Shown here piece after piece: positions 38,974 through 51,324 of a stretch of 64,000 bases of DNA. Source of the stretch: Octopus bimaculoides. Taxonomy: Eukaryota. Below the pieces are notes generated by a model, which saw only the letters and a list, made by a program, of their open reading frames with translations, was not told the DNA's origin and searched no databases. The position numbers and the translations under genes are program-made. The stretch spans positions 77,518,715-77,582,714 of the forward strand of contig NC_068987.1 of assembly GCF_001194135.2 (NCBI RefSeq). The letters run 5' to 3'. How positions within the stretch are numbered: position 1 is the stretch's first letter; each line of letters starts with the position of its first letter.

Positions 38974-40105
38974 GCCAGCATGGAAAGCAGATGCTAAATG
39001 ATGACGATGATGATGATGCATATATATATAAATATATATATATATTTAAAGACGAAAAGAAAATGGAGATTTGGAAGTTAATAATTGTTTATTATTCTTT
39101 TCTACTCTAGGTACATGGCTCAACATTTTTGGGGAGACGGCCAGTAGATTAGATCAACCCCAGTACACAACTGGTACTTAATTTATCAACCCCGAAAGGA
39201 TGAAAGGCAAAGTCAACCTCGACAGAATTTGAACTCGGAATGTAAAGACAGACGAAATACTGCCAAGCATTTTGCCCAAGTGCTAACATCTCTGCCAGCT
39301 CGTTGCCTTAATAATTGCTTATTATTAACAACAGATTGGTCATCTTCACTTCTTACAGCTGTTTCAGTTAATACTCAATAATTTAATTACAAATTTGTAC
39401 ATTAAATTTACATTTATGTGACATGAGTATAATTCCATCAGAGGAATGCGTACCTTTCCTTCATTGGACACTAAACTCCGCTTGCGAAGACCTGTTGAAG
39501 CAAGTGAAATCGAAATCAAAATCGAACTAAATTTGACGACTGGTACCCATGCCAATGTCGTCTCCTTCATTGGACAAGAAACTCAGCTTGCAAAGACCTG
39601 TTGAGGCAAGCGAAAGTGAAATCGTGATGGCACCTGTGCCCAGCGTCGCCTTTCTGGCACTTGTGCCCGCAGCATGTGTAAGGACTTTCGAGCGAGATCG
39701 TTGCCAGTGCCCCTGGACTGGCTCTTGTGCGGGTGACACGTAAAAGCACCCACTACACTCTCGGAGTGGTTAGCATTAGGAAGGGCATCCAGCTGTAGAA
39801 ACTCTGCCAAATCAGATTCGAGCCTGGTGTAGCCATCGGGTTTCACCAGTCCTCAGTCAAATCGTCCATCCCATGCTAGCATGGAAAGCGAACGTTAAAC
39901 GATGATGATGATGATGATGAAAAAAGATGTACCTTTGGAGGTTGTATGTGAGCTCATCAATTCATTTCAAGTGACTTATATCAAATATATATTTTTTTTC
40001 TCAGGAAATTATCTACATTCACTGTGGAATATATGTTATATATAATAACAGCAAGGCATCAATAGGGAAAGTACACAAAGATATATTAAGATTAAAAGTT
40101 CTTAC

Positions 40106-40217
40106 TTTTAGAAATCTTGAATACTTCTCTTTCTCATTAGCCTTAGGAAACTCCCAGTCGAGATCAATTCCATCGAATCGATATTCCCTTAAATAATGTA
40201 TGGCTTGTTTGTAGAAT
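40106..40217 (-). CDS. GH18 exon C (catalytic): (K)FYKQAIHYLREYRFDGIDLDWEFPKANEKEKYSRFLK
   Basis: 112 nt, acag| ... |gtaag; intact DxxDxDxE motif. Confidence 0.97.
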
Positions 40218-40807
40218 CTGTAAACATTTAAATAAATAAGAACAATATTTGGTTAACAGGATAGTAGGCAGATCAATAAAGCTGATGTTACATGTCAATA
40301 CAATGTATTTCACCAGACAACAACTGATAATAATGTTAACAAAAGAAAATATAAGAAACAATATTTTCTGTTTTATAATGAATAGAGTTCGTCTATCACT
40401 AATGAGAGATACAATCAGTGAGTAGTTATGAAGCAATTTTACTTTGATTTTGATTACAAACATTGTTTCTTTATTTTTTTACATGTTTCAGTCATTGGGT
40501 GGTGGCCAATCTAGGACATCACTCCAGCTGGAGCATCACCAGAGGATACAGCAGAATGTGAACTGTATGGCTCAGTTTATATAATAATTAAGTTAGTACT
40601 GACATAGTCAGTGCAATGAGCATTAAATAATTAACTAAACATGTTTATGTGGCGAGAAAAAGATAACATTTAGTCAATGATTAATATTTTAATAATTTCA
40701 ACAAGGAAGATAACATTAAACATGTTTTTGTATTATTAGACCTCTTCAGCATGGAGGCATAGCCTTCACAATACTAGCTGAAGTAATGATAAGAGAAACA
40801 TACAATG

Positions 40808-41200
40808 TTGGCTGTGTGGTAAGTAGCTTGCTTACCAGCCACATGGTTCTGGGTTCATTCCCACTGCGTGGCACCTTGGGCAAGTGTTTTCTACTATAGC
40901 CTCGGGCCAACCAAAGCCTTGTGAGTGGATTTGGTAGACGGAAACTGAAAGAAGCCCGTCGTATATATGTATATATATATATGTATGTGTGTGTATATGT
41001 TTGTGTGTGTCTGTGTTTGTCCCCCCAACATCGTTTGGCAACCGATGCTGGTGTGTTAACGTCCCCATAACTTAGCGGTTCGGCAAAACAGACCGATAGA
41101 ATAAGTACTAGGCTTTCAAAGAATAAGTCCTGGGGTCGATTTGCAAGACTAAAAGGCGGTGCTCCAGCATGGCCACAGTCAAATGACTGAAACAAGTAAA
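40808..41200 (+). mobile_element. SINE family A copy in chitinase intron B-C
   Basis: Sequence match to family. Confidence 0.85.
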
Positions 41201-41387
41201 AGAGTCAAAGCGTAAAGATGTTATTTTTCTGTTAAGTCAATTATGATGCTTAGAGAAAGCTGTATATTTGCCATTGAGAAAACAGACACTAGAGTCAAGG
41301 GAAGAATGTTGCCCCACCCCTGCCCTATTCAGATACTGCAATTCCGTTCTAGTGAATGTTAGATAGAGGTAAATGTAAATAACATAC

Positions 41388-41667
41388 TTTTTAAGAGTAT
41401 CATCATCTGAATTGACCAATTCCGAAAAACCTCTCTGCACCGACAGCATCACTTTTAACGCAGGGTTTTTCAGCTTCAGATCGACCATTTGCCCGTAGAT
41501 TTTGATGTCAGATGGTGATACTTCAATTAATTCACCATCTTTAAACTTTGCAAATGCAAAAATGAGATGTGTACACAAGAATGGGTCAATGTCTGTGACA
41601 TGAAGGAGGCCAGAGGCAAAATAGTAACAAACCAGCTTTTTATTGTTGTTAGCTGATATTTTGGTTT
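41388..41667 (-). CDS. GH18 chitinase-like exon B: ETKISANNNKKLVCYY...DIDPFLCTHLIFAFAK...LKLKNPALKVMLSVQRGFSELVNSDDDTLK
   Basis: 280 nt, ccag| ... AA|gtatgt; IDPFLCTHLIFAFA and LKLKNPALKVMLS are GH18 N-terminal motifs. Confidence 0.95.
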
Positions 41668-41806
41668 CTGGAAAGAGAGAGAGAAGAAAAACACAATAAA
41701 ATAAAAACATTACAGAAAGTTCAGTTCAATACAAACATCAGAAACACTTTCAGCAAATGTCTACTGGTTTGTCAGATAATTTCCTTTGTTTATTTTTTCT
41801 ACTTGT

Positions 41807-42115
41807 GGGGGTGCAATGGCTCAGTGGTTAGGGCAGCGGATTCGCGGTCGGAGGATCGCGGTTTCGATTCCCAGACCGGGCGTTGTGTGTGTTTGTTGAG
41901 TGAAAACACCTAAAGTTCCATGGGGCACCGGCAGGGGGTGGTGGCGATTCCTGTTGTACTCTTTCACCCCAACTTTCTCTCACTCCTTCTTCCTGTTTCT
42001 TTCTTGAGTAACGTTGCGATGGACTGGCGTCCCGTCTAGCTGGGGGAAACACATAAGCCACAGAAACCGGGAAACTAGGCCCATGAGCCTGGCTAGGCTT
42101 TAAAAGGGCACATAA
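41807..42115 (+). mobile_element. SINE with family-B head and a different (V-domain-like) tail
   Basis: Head and body as at 29641; tail ttgcgatggactggcgtcccgtc..gaaaccgggaaact, also seen at about 49185-49370. Confidence 0.7.
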
Positions 42116-42779
42116 ATAATAAAAAAATTAAAATTTTTTCTACTTGACACTCATCATCATATGTCTAAAAAGAAGGTAAAAATTTATTCAAGTTTCAAGA
42201 ACAAGAAACAAAAGTTATAGAACAGTTACAAGCAATCTGTGGCTCTTGGGGCTTTCTGAGTTGCATACATAACAAAAAATTACCACAAATTTTCTTTTAG
42301 TAACGCTGCCTGTCTGATGATGAGCCATGACTCATGAAGTCTGTTTCTTGGAAAAATGTGGAGCAAGTCTTTTTAGGTGCAGGCATGGCTGTATGGTAAG
42401 AAGCTTGCTATCCAACCAAATGGTTCCAGGTTCAGTCTCACTGCAGAATAAGGACCAGACTTAAAAATAAGTACTGGGGTTAATCTGTTCCACTAAAACC
42501 CTTCAAGCCAGTTCCCCCAACATGGCTGCAGTCCAAGGAGTGAAACAAGCAAATGATAAAAGATACACAAATCCAAAACCAAAATGGTTTCAACCCCCAT
42601 CAACAATTAAAAGCCCCTTACAAAGTTCATGTGAGATCCATAATGCAGCGCTACTCCTACACCTGTGACCAGTGCAGCTGTTATGCCCACAGATATCTTA
42701 GACTGATCAGCATAAAATCACATCATTTGCAAATATGCTCCACAGACATGCTAATTCCACTTTGCTTTTTTTTCTACCA

Positions 42780-43000
42780 AAACCACCACCACCACAACAA
42801 CTATTACCCCACGATCACTATAACTACCACCACCTCACACTACAACTACCACGACCATGACGACGACCACTACCACATTCACAACTGCCATCACCACTAC
42901 TACTACAACGATAATGATGTTAACAATGACAACGGTGACGACAATGATGCCAACAACAACGACAACGGTGACAACAATTATAACCTCCACCACCACCACC

Positions 43001-43035
<35 letters not shown>

Positions 43036-43125
43036 AGAGGCTACTGTTCCTCAGAGCTGGCATGATGATGATGATGATGATAATGATGATAATAATGACG
43101 ATGATTATGACGATGATAATAATAG
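42780..43125. repeat. Compound trinucleotide microsatellite (CAC/CAA/CGA/TAC then GAT)
   Basis: Directly visible. Confidence 0.9.
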
Positions 43126-43560
43126 ATTTTATTGGGCTTTAGAAGTTGTGAAAATTGGAAACCAGTTGAGTTTTCCAATAAATCCATAAATAACAGTGTT
43201 TTGTAGTTTGTTTTGGCTTTGCAATGTTAGTAAACAAATTGATGTCATCGTTAATCATAACAAGGGAAACATTGATTTCTTGCTTAGACAAAAGACCAGT
43301 TGTTGAAAGCAGAGGACATTGTCAATTGCTTTAGTCATATCCTTTCCCATTGTCAGCCTGTAAGGCAGGACACAAAAGAGTTGTGAGACTAGCTGTGTGT
43401 TCTCATCAAAGGCTGTTCAGGTGTGGATATGTGATACAATTGATTGATAGTTGATACATGCAGGGTAGAAATGTATCCTATAGGGGGTTCTTATAAGGTT
43501 GTTATCCACCCCTGATTGGAACTCTCCCGTATGACATGTACGCATGCTCAATGACTTGCT

Positions 43561-44104
43561 TTAACAGTTGCAATCAGCTGAATGCACATTGCCAATGACC
43601 TTTGACATAATTACCCACACTCTGTGGTCAGGATTCTTTTTTTGGTTTTATGTCGGTACTGAAGGGATTACCAGACACCGGACAATACAGTGAGAGCAGC
43701 TTTCACTAATATTGTGGTATCCGAGGCTGTGTACGTGTCTGTCGTGGTAAATTATGCCACTCCTTAACTTTTGCTTTGCTTTCATCCGTAGCACGAGGTA
43801 ATTATGTCATTATCTGTGAAATTCGGCAACTTACAAAGATCTTTAGATCAGGCAATACTTCACCGAGAGGAGATATAAGCTTCTGCTTATTCCTGTCTGA
43901 AGTATCGTCCAATACTTCAGACTTATCGTCCAATGAATTTACTTTGTTGACATTCTTCATCGACAGAATTTTTATTCTTTTCAACCTTTCAGTCAAGTCC
44001 GCCTTTCTTCCAGTAACATACTGTCCATATAATCTTAAATATTTCTTTAACTCAGGCACAGTAAGTACTTCGATAGCTGAATCATCAAGCTGCTTTATAT
44101 CCAT
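43561..44104 (-). pseudogene. SAP-domain + SWIM-like zinc-finger pseudo-ORF, probably DNA-transposon derived
   Basis: LTVPELKKYLRLYGQYVTGRKADLTERL (SAP); after a frameshift NYLVLRMK..CIVRCLVIPS..*..DHRVWVIMSKVIGNVHSADCNC*. Confidence 0.65.
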
Positions 44105-44574
44105 GATAAGACGTAAAGCAATAACAATGGTGTCGGTAGTCTCCGGAAGTTTAATTATCTACATGGAGCGCCGCCTAGCCAAGGGAGATAACCTACTTAT
44201 AGGAAAGCCCTATACTCACACAGAAATAGAAGGTCAAAAAAGGTATGGACTAAAGAGATGGGCTCCGATGTCAGGATATTGTGTTTCACAGATAAGAAGG
44301 CTTAATATCAAAAAGAACGGAAATATGTTGTATCAAAGACCCATCCAACCCATGACAGCACTGAAAAACTGGTGTTCTCTATCTAATATATTCAACCATT
44401 ATAGGTTCGTTGTGTGGTTAAGAATTTTGCTTCACAACTACATGGCTTTGAGTACAGTTCCACTGCATGGTACCTTGAACAAGTGTCTTCTACTATAGCC
44501 CTCGGCCTACCAAAACCTTGTGAGTGGATTTAGTAGACAGAAATTGAAAGTAGCTCATTGTATGTATGAGTTCT

Positions 44575-44780
44575 TTTATTCTTTTACTTGTTTCAGTCAT
44601 TTGACTGCGGCCATGCTGGAGCACCACCCTTAGTCTAACAAACTGACCCCCCAGGACTTATTCTTTATAAGCCTAGTACTTATTGTCAGTCCTTTTTGCT
44701 GAATCACTAAGTTATGGGGGCATAAACACACCAACATCATTTGTCAAGCAATGGATAGGGGACAAACAGACACACACATA

Positions 44781-44825
<45 letters not shown>

Positions 44826-44980
44826 CAGGCTTCTTCCAGTTTCCATCTACCTAATCCACTCACAAGGCTTTGTTTGGCCCAAGGTTATAGTAGAAGACAC
44901 TTGCCCAAGGTGCCATGCAGTGAGACTGAACCCAGGACCATGTGGTTAGGAAGCAAACTACTTACCACACAGCCATGCCT
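44575..44980 (-). mobile_element. SINE family A copy
   Basis: Sequence match to family. Confidence 0.8.
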
Positions 44981-45267
44981 GTATTTTTGTATTTATGTGT
45001 GTGTTACTGTCTCCTTTCCTGGACTTCATGTTGATGGTTGTAAACAATTGTCTCTGTCAAGCAAGTGGTGTCGTTTGTTTCGAATCGACTGTGAATACAT
45101 GTCTGGTCACAAAGAATATTACCTCACTTGAAAACAGGTGAAGGCTGGCAACAAGAAGGGCATCCAGTTGCAGAAAATCTGCTTCAACAAACTCCATCAA
45201 ACCCATGCAAGCATGGAAAAATGGACATTAGACAAAGATGATGATGACAATGATGATGATAATGATG

Positions 45268-46450
45268 ATGTTTCAGCCTCATTGGACCTCCTCAGTGAAG
45301 CATACAGTTCACTGTATGCATTGAAGCAGCAATGAGAGAATCCCTAAATATATGTACCAATATTGTACATATATTGGCATGGAAATTTAATGAATCATAT
45401 CTCTTTCAGTTCATTGCTTTTGACAAAGTAAATACTATTATCAATATTAGATATAGCTATTATCAATATAAGATATAACAGAGAAAGTTCTAGCTGCCTG
45501 AAGCTAATTGATGCCGACACCAACGACGACGTCGCTGACGCTGAACATTTTCAAAATAGTTTGAAATTTGAGATGAATTTTAAATTTCACTGCAAATTCA
45601 AGCAGGCTGAGCATAGAGACTTCTAAAATATCGAGGGCAATGATGACATATATACAAACATATATATTTATGCATATATGCATGCATAAATTTATAGTAA
45701 TCACATCATTAAGCCTGGGTGTGAATGGAAGAAGAGGTTGAACTTAAAACCTAGATGAAACACAATTCTATAACACATGTGAAAATGTTCATAGTATAAC
45801 CTACTTTTCAATGACAGCAGCATGAAAATAACAATAGAAAATTAGTGTTAACCTTTTCAATGCCCCCTTTTTTATGTGATGATAAAAAAGAATCAATATT
45901 AATCATTGACTAATAATTTTAGATTTGGTGAAGTTAATTGCTTCACTGAAGTTCAATAAAATGGAAATATGTCCAGAGCTGTTTCCCTTAATTATTACAC
46001 GAATCAAGTCAATGACTGATTATTTTGTCTCGTTACATAATCGTTATTTAGTTATATATGTGATTTTAACTACATTAAATATCTTAATATTAACTTAATT
46101 TTAAAACATTCAGTTATTGTTAATATGTTTAATGTGGTTAACATTAAATATGTAATAATTTGTGATGAAAAGGTAACATTAATTCCATCACTAATACAAT
46201 TTTGATAATTTCAGCAAGTAACTGGAAACAACTGGACATGTTTCAGCCTCATTGGACCTCCTCAGTGAAGCACAGAATTCACTGTGTGTATTGAAGCAGT
46301 GATGAGAGAATCCCTAAATAGATATACAATATTGTACACTTGTTGGCATGGAAATTTAATGAATCATATCTCTTTTAGGTCATTGCTTTTGACAAAGAAA
46401 ATACTAATTGCTATTATCAATATTAGACATAGTAGAGAAAGTTTCAAGCT
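45268..46450 (+). repeat. Dispersed direct duplication of about 220 bp (45268-45496 and 46238-46450)
   Basis: Both begin atgtttcagcctcattggacctcctcagtgaagca and align to agagaaagtt. Confidence 0.85.
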
Positions 46451-47659
46451 AATTATCTCAGCAGGTACTAGACAATCAGCTGAGGTAATCAGTGGCTAAT
46501 ATTCTGTCACTGGTGTTAACAATCTCTGCACCAGGACGCCATGATCGCTAGATATGGTCAGCTTTTGTTTATGACAGTTGTTGAGTCACTAATTAGAGTT
46601 AAATCAGTTCATCCCCTGTGAACACCAACACAAGTTATAAGTATTAGTGTTAATCTATATCATTGACAAAAACACTACTCTTCAACTCACTCTGTTCAAC
46701 CTACACCCAGCAGTAAATATATACACATCATGCATCACAGAAATGAATGTGGCATGTATATATTTGCTTTGTAGGCTTCCAATGATTATCTAAAAATCTT
46801 TAGGAACAAATGGGAGAGATGTGGACTCCAATACTGACACAAGGTAGAGATAGCTCTGGACATAAAGCCATAAATGACTAGTCACTCTAGTTTTGGTAAC
46901 ATGATAGAATGCACCCAGCACATGATATGATATGGATAATGCTAGACAGGAAGGGCTTCCAGTCATAAAAACTAAACCAAAAATCTGACACGCACAACAA
47001 AGATGACCAGTTTTCGCTGATGCAGGTTGCACCAGATGTTAAAAGACTGTAGCAAACCGCAAAATACTGAGATAAATCCAGCCCTGCTAACATGGAAAAA
47101 TGAGATAAAATAATGATGACAATAATGATGATGATGATGATGGCGATATGATGATGATGATGATGATGATGAGAGCTGGAAAAAGCAACAGTAATTTGAT
47201 GTCAATATCTCCTAAGCTCTGAGAAGGTTTTGAGAGATGGTGTTTCGCTCTGGTCTCCTAACAAAATCTGGATGAAAAGTAAATCTTCTACTGATTCATT
47301 TATCTGACTACAGAACAAGTAACTGGGAGATATATTTTCTTATCAATAATCATCCTGACTCATTGTAATCAGAAGACATTATATTATCAGAGCTTAAACC
47401 ACATTGCATTTATTTAGCTACATTCACTAAACTGTCATTATTTGAGACTGTGTTGTCCCAGAACCTTCCCTGTCTTGGTTACCAGGTAACAAAGTTATGT
47501 GAATGGTGGCAATAATTTCTGTGACAGTGATTGTAGTATTGGTGCGGGGATGGCTGAAGTTGTGACAGTAGAGTTGGACGGATAGCTACTGTCATCGCTA
47601 TTTAGTTATGTGCCTTGGACAAGGTCCTGATAATTCCCAACCTCCTTATTCAGTTAGAG

Positions 47660-47885
47660 AGAAAGGAAGAGAGTGAGAGAGGATAGACGAAGCAAGAGGA
47701 GAGGGGAGGAGAGAGAGGAGGAGAGAGGAAGTGAGAGAGGATAGATGAAGCAAGAGGAGAGAGGATGTGAGAGAGGAAAGAGGAAGTAAGAGAAAAGGAA
47801 GTGAGAGAGGAGAGAGATGAGGAGAGAGTAATGTGAAAAAGGCGAGAGAAAGAGAAAGAGAGAGAGAAAATGGGAGACAGAAAAG
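47660..47885. repeat. GA-rich polypurine low-complexity tract
   Basis: About 220 bp of near-pure A/G on the + strand. Confidence 0.85.
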
Positions 47886-48524
47886 AAGAGAATAATTTAA
47901 CAATAAAAGCAAGTAGTTTGTCAGTTTTAGAGGACAAAAGATTACATCATCTTAAAACCATTATTGTCATTGTCATCCTGTTCAACATTCTAGATGACAC
48001 TGTCAAAACACTATCATCATTATTAATATCATTATAATTATCATTATTATATTTAACATCAAGACAGCAAAGCTGCCAGAATCAAAGCTGCAGATCAAAC
48101 AAAATGGCTTAGCAGAATTGCTCCCAGCTTTTAACATTCTGAGTTCAAATTCTGGTGAGGACAACTTTGCCTTTCATACTTTCGGGGTTGATAAAATAGT
48201 ACCAGTTGGGCCCAGGGGTTGACATAATCAACTTTCTCCCTCTCATTAAAATTGCAGGCCTTCAACCAAAATTTGTAACAGTCATAATTATCGTAAAGGC
48301 AGAGAGCTGGTCGAATCATTAGTGACCTAAGATAAAATGTTCAGCAACATCATTATTACTATTATCATTATTATAATTATCACCGTCATCACTATCATCA
48401 TTACCAACTTCATTATCGTCATTGTTGTTAAGCAAACATAACTTTCACTATGAATGAATTATCACTAATGCTGTAGTTCTTCCATTATCTGATATATTTT
48501 TGCATCTATGACAACAAATATACT

Positions 48525-48748
48525 CTTTACTCTTTTACTTGTTTCAGTCATTTGACTGTGGCCATGCTGGAGCTCCACCTTTAGTCGAGAAAATCGACCC
48601 CAGGACTTATTCTTTGGATGCCTAGTACTTATTCTATCGGTGTCTTTTGCCGAACTGCTAAATTACGGGGACATAAACACATCACCATCGGTTGTCAAGC
48701 GATGTTGGGGGGACAAACACAGACACACAAACATATACACACACATAC

Positions 48749-48813
<65 letters not shown>

Positions 48814-48990
48814 CATACATATATACGACGGGCTTCTTTCAGTTTCCGTCTACCAAATTCACTCACAAGGCTTTGGTCAGCCCGAGGCTATAGTAGAAGA
48901 CACTTGCCCAAGGTGCCACACAGTGGGAATGAACCCGGAACCATGTGGTTGGTAAGTAAGCTACTTACTACACAGCCACTCCTGCACCTA
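48525..48990 (-). mobile_element. SINE family A copy
   Basis: Sequence match to family. Confidence 0.85.
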
Positions 48991-50620
48991 TGTGTTTCCA
49001 GAATTTTTTTGTTTTCATCAGTAACTTTGAAAAGCTTGGATGATTGGATAGAAAAGGAAAATGTGCCTTCAATGCAGCCCCTTCTATAATTAATCCATTG
49101 ACTCCACATTTACCGTCACACTCTCAAAATCCAATGTCTACCCAAGACTTTATTGAAGTTGAACGTGTGACTCTACATTGGAGGTATATGGTCTGATGGT
49201 TAGGGTAATGGACTCATGATCATAAGACTGTAGTTTCAATTCCTGGACTGGGCAATGTGCTGTGTTCTGGAGCACTCAGCTGGTAAAAGTGAGTAACCCT
49301 GTGATGGACCAGCATCCCATCCAAGGAGGAATACACATACTAGAAAAACTGGGAAAATTGCCTTATACCCCTTAAAGAGTAATGTGGACTAATTATGTGA
49401 CTCTACAAAGTTGTTTGTTGAGTCAACAATAGAAACTTTTCCATCTACTAGAAATAGCTGCCAAATATCCTTTAAACTATTCTTTGTAATCTTAAAAATG
49501 ACAGTGCACATTAAATAATATTGCTCTAGTTATCAATGCTAGCCATCACTCACAAGCAAATATGATATAGAAGCAACAACCATGTTTTTACTAATTATCT
49601 CAGTTACCCACATACTAAAGGGAAGAGAGACATTCAGAGCCCTCCCATCCCTTGACTCAGCAGCACATCCAGGATGTAACAGGTGGAAGTGAAGGGATCA
49701 CATCAGCACCTGGCTACAATACATTTTCAGCAGAGTATACAGGAGCAATGTGAAATGAAGCGCCTTGCACAAAGATACATAATGCTGCCTAGCCAAGGAT
49801 GTGAACCCACAACTTTATGATTGTAAGCCTAGGACCCTAACCACTAGGCCATATGCCTGCAAAAAGTACACAGTTTGAAAAAAAGGAAGAAAAAATGTTC
49901 ATGGTTTGAATGCCTCTGATCACAATAAATGTCCTGGATCAGGCCAGACCTAGGATACACCCTTTAGCATTTAAACTGACCATATCTGGCTGAAATATTC
50001 TACCTCTTTTCAAATCAGGCATATTACACTTACCCTGCAATGTCATTCTAAAAAATAAACAATCATATCATTGAAATCCCAGAGCTATGAGATTATGCAT
50101 GATTAATTCAAAATAACATGAATATAGAAGCATTAAATTTGACATAATAATCTGAATGTTAAGGGTTAAACAGCAATACTGTTGTTGTTTGTATGAATTG
50201 TAATAAAAGAATTTTATTGGTTCAATAAATTAATTCTTAAGAGAAAAGAAAAGCAATAATAAAACAAAAAAACAAAACAAAGCAAAGCGTATATTGTACA
50301 TACATGCATGTATTCATACACTGAATCATACAAATCTAAGTCAATGATAAGACAGATTTAAGAAGACTATACTTTACTGATAAAGTTTAATAAGTCTGAA
50401 ATATGTTTATAGTTGTTCCCCTTGCCTGCTTAAAAGGTCAGACTTTCTTTTAAGCATGTATATTAAATTTGAAACTGTGTTTTTCATTTCCTTTCTCTAA
50501 GAAAGCAATTTCAGTTAATGAAGAATTTAATTATCCACATTTTTCTGTACATCTCTCGCTATATATATATGTGATTAATCTTAATCCAAGCTATAAGCTT
50601 ATTTGAATTATTTCCCTTAG

Positions 50621-50950
50621 GTTTTTTTTTAATATTTTATTATGAGTGAAAGAATCATCAGAGATGCTTTGTCCCATGCAGAAACAAAAGGAGCTACTCA
50701 GAGGTAAGTAAACTCTTCTAAATCCAGTGCAATGCCGGAAACCCTTCCACATACTCAGCAGATATCTTAGGGTCACAAGCATTTCACCCGTTAGCCTATA
50801 CATTTCACTCAAGTGGGGCAAGGAATGAGCTAGTCTTCACCTATGGAAGGGTTCTACTTGCAGTCTCTTATCAACCATCGCTACCTTGAGCTAGTTTCAG
50901 CTGCTGAGTCTATTTCCCTGATGGCTTTCTTCGGTTGCTCGGGTTCCAGG
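50621..50950 (-). mobile_element. 3' end of an RLE-type (HERO/R2-like) LINE with AATAAA and poly(A)
   Basis: KKAIREIDSAAETSSR*RWL; ends aataaaatattaaaaaaaaa. Confidence 0.55.
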
Positions 50951-50951
50951 C

Positions 50952-51324
50952 TTATTACCTCCGCCTTAGCAAAGGCAGAAGTATTGTTTTCAGTTGTGTT
51001 TGTTTGTTTGTCCATGGACAAGATATCTCAAGAACCAGTGGGTGGATTCAGATAAAACTTTCAGGGATGTTTGGCATCGTGACTGGCACGGACTGATTAG
51101 ATTTTGGGATCAATCCAGTACCGGACAAGGATGCTACATTATTTTTCTGCTTTTTTTTTTTACTTAATTTTTGAAAATGGCCACGTTCATTTTCAGTATT
51201 TTCATTTGTGAGAGCAGTCAAGTTTATTTCGGATATTCACATTTTAAAAATCACCTCCAGCTAATCGTTGAGAGGATGTTAATGTTGCCTCGGCAGAGGT
51301 TTGCGCTCTTTGAGTGCTCTTGTT
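50952..51324 (+). mobile_element. Helentron-associated non-autonomous element (HINE/DINE-like)
   Basis: 5' ttattaCCTCCGCC plus internal IR aaGGCAGAAG; (GTTT)n tract; 3' GGCAGAGG subTIR plus hairpin gcgctctttgagtgc; TT flanks. Confidence 0.75.

Noticed and set aside
42553-43189. His/Asn/Thr/Asp-rich ORFs
   Set aside because: Translations of compound trinucleotide microsatellites; no splice context or homology.
43776-44498. 240-aa plus-strand ORF
   Set aside because: Antisense shadow of the SAP-containing minus-strand ORF, running into a SINE; no recognisable domain.
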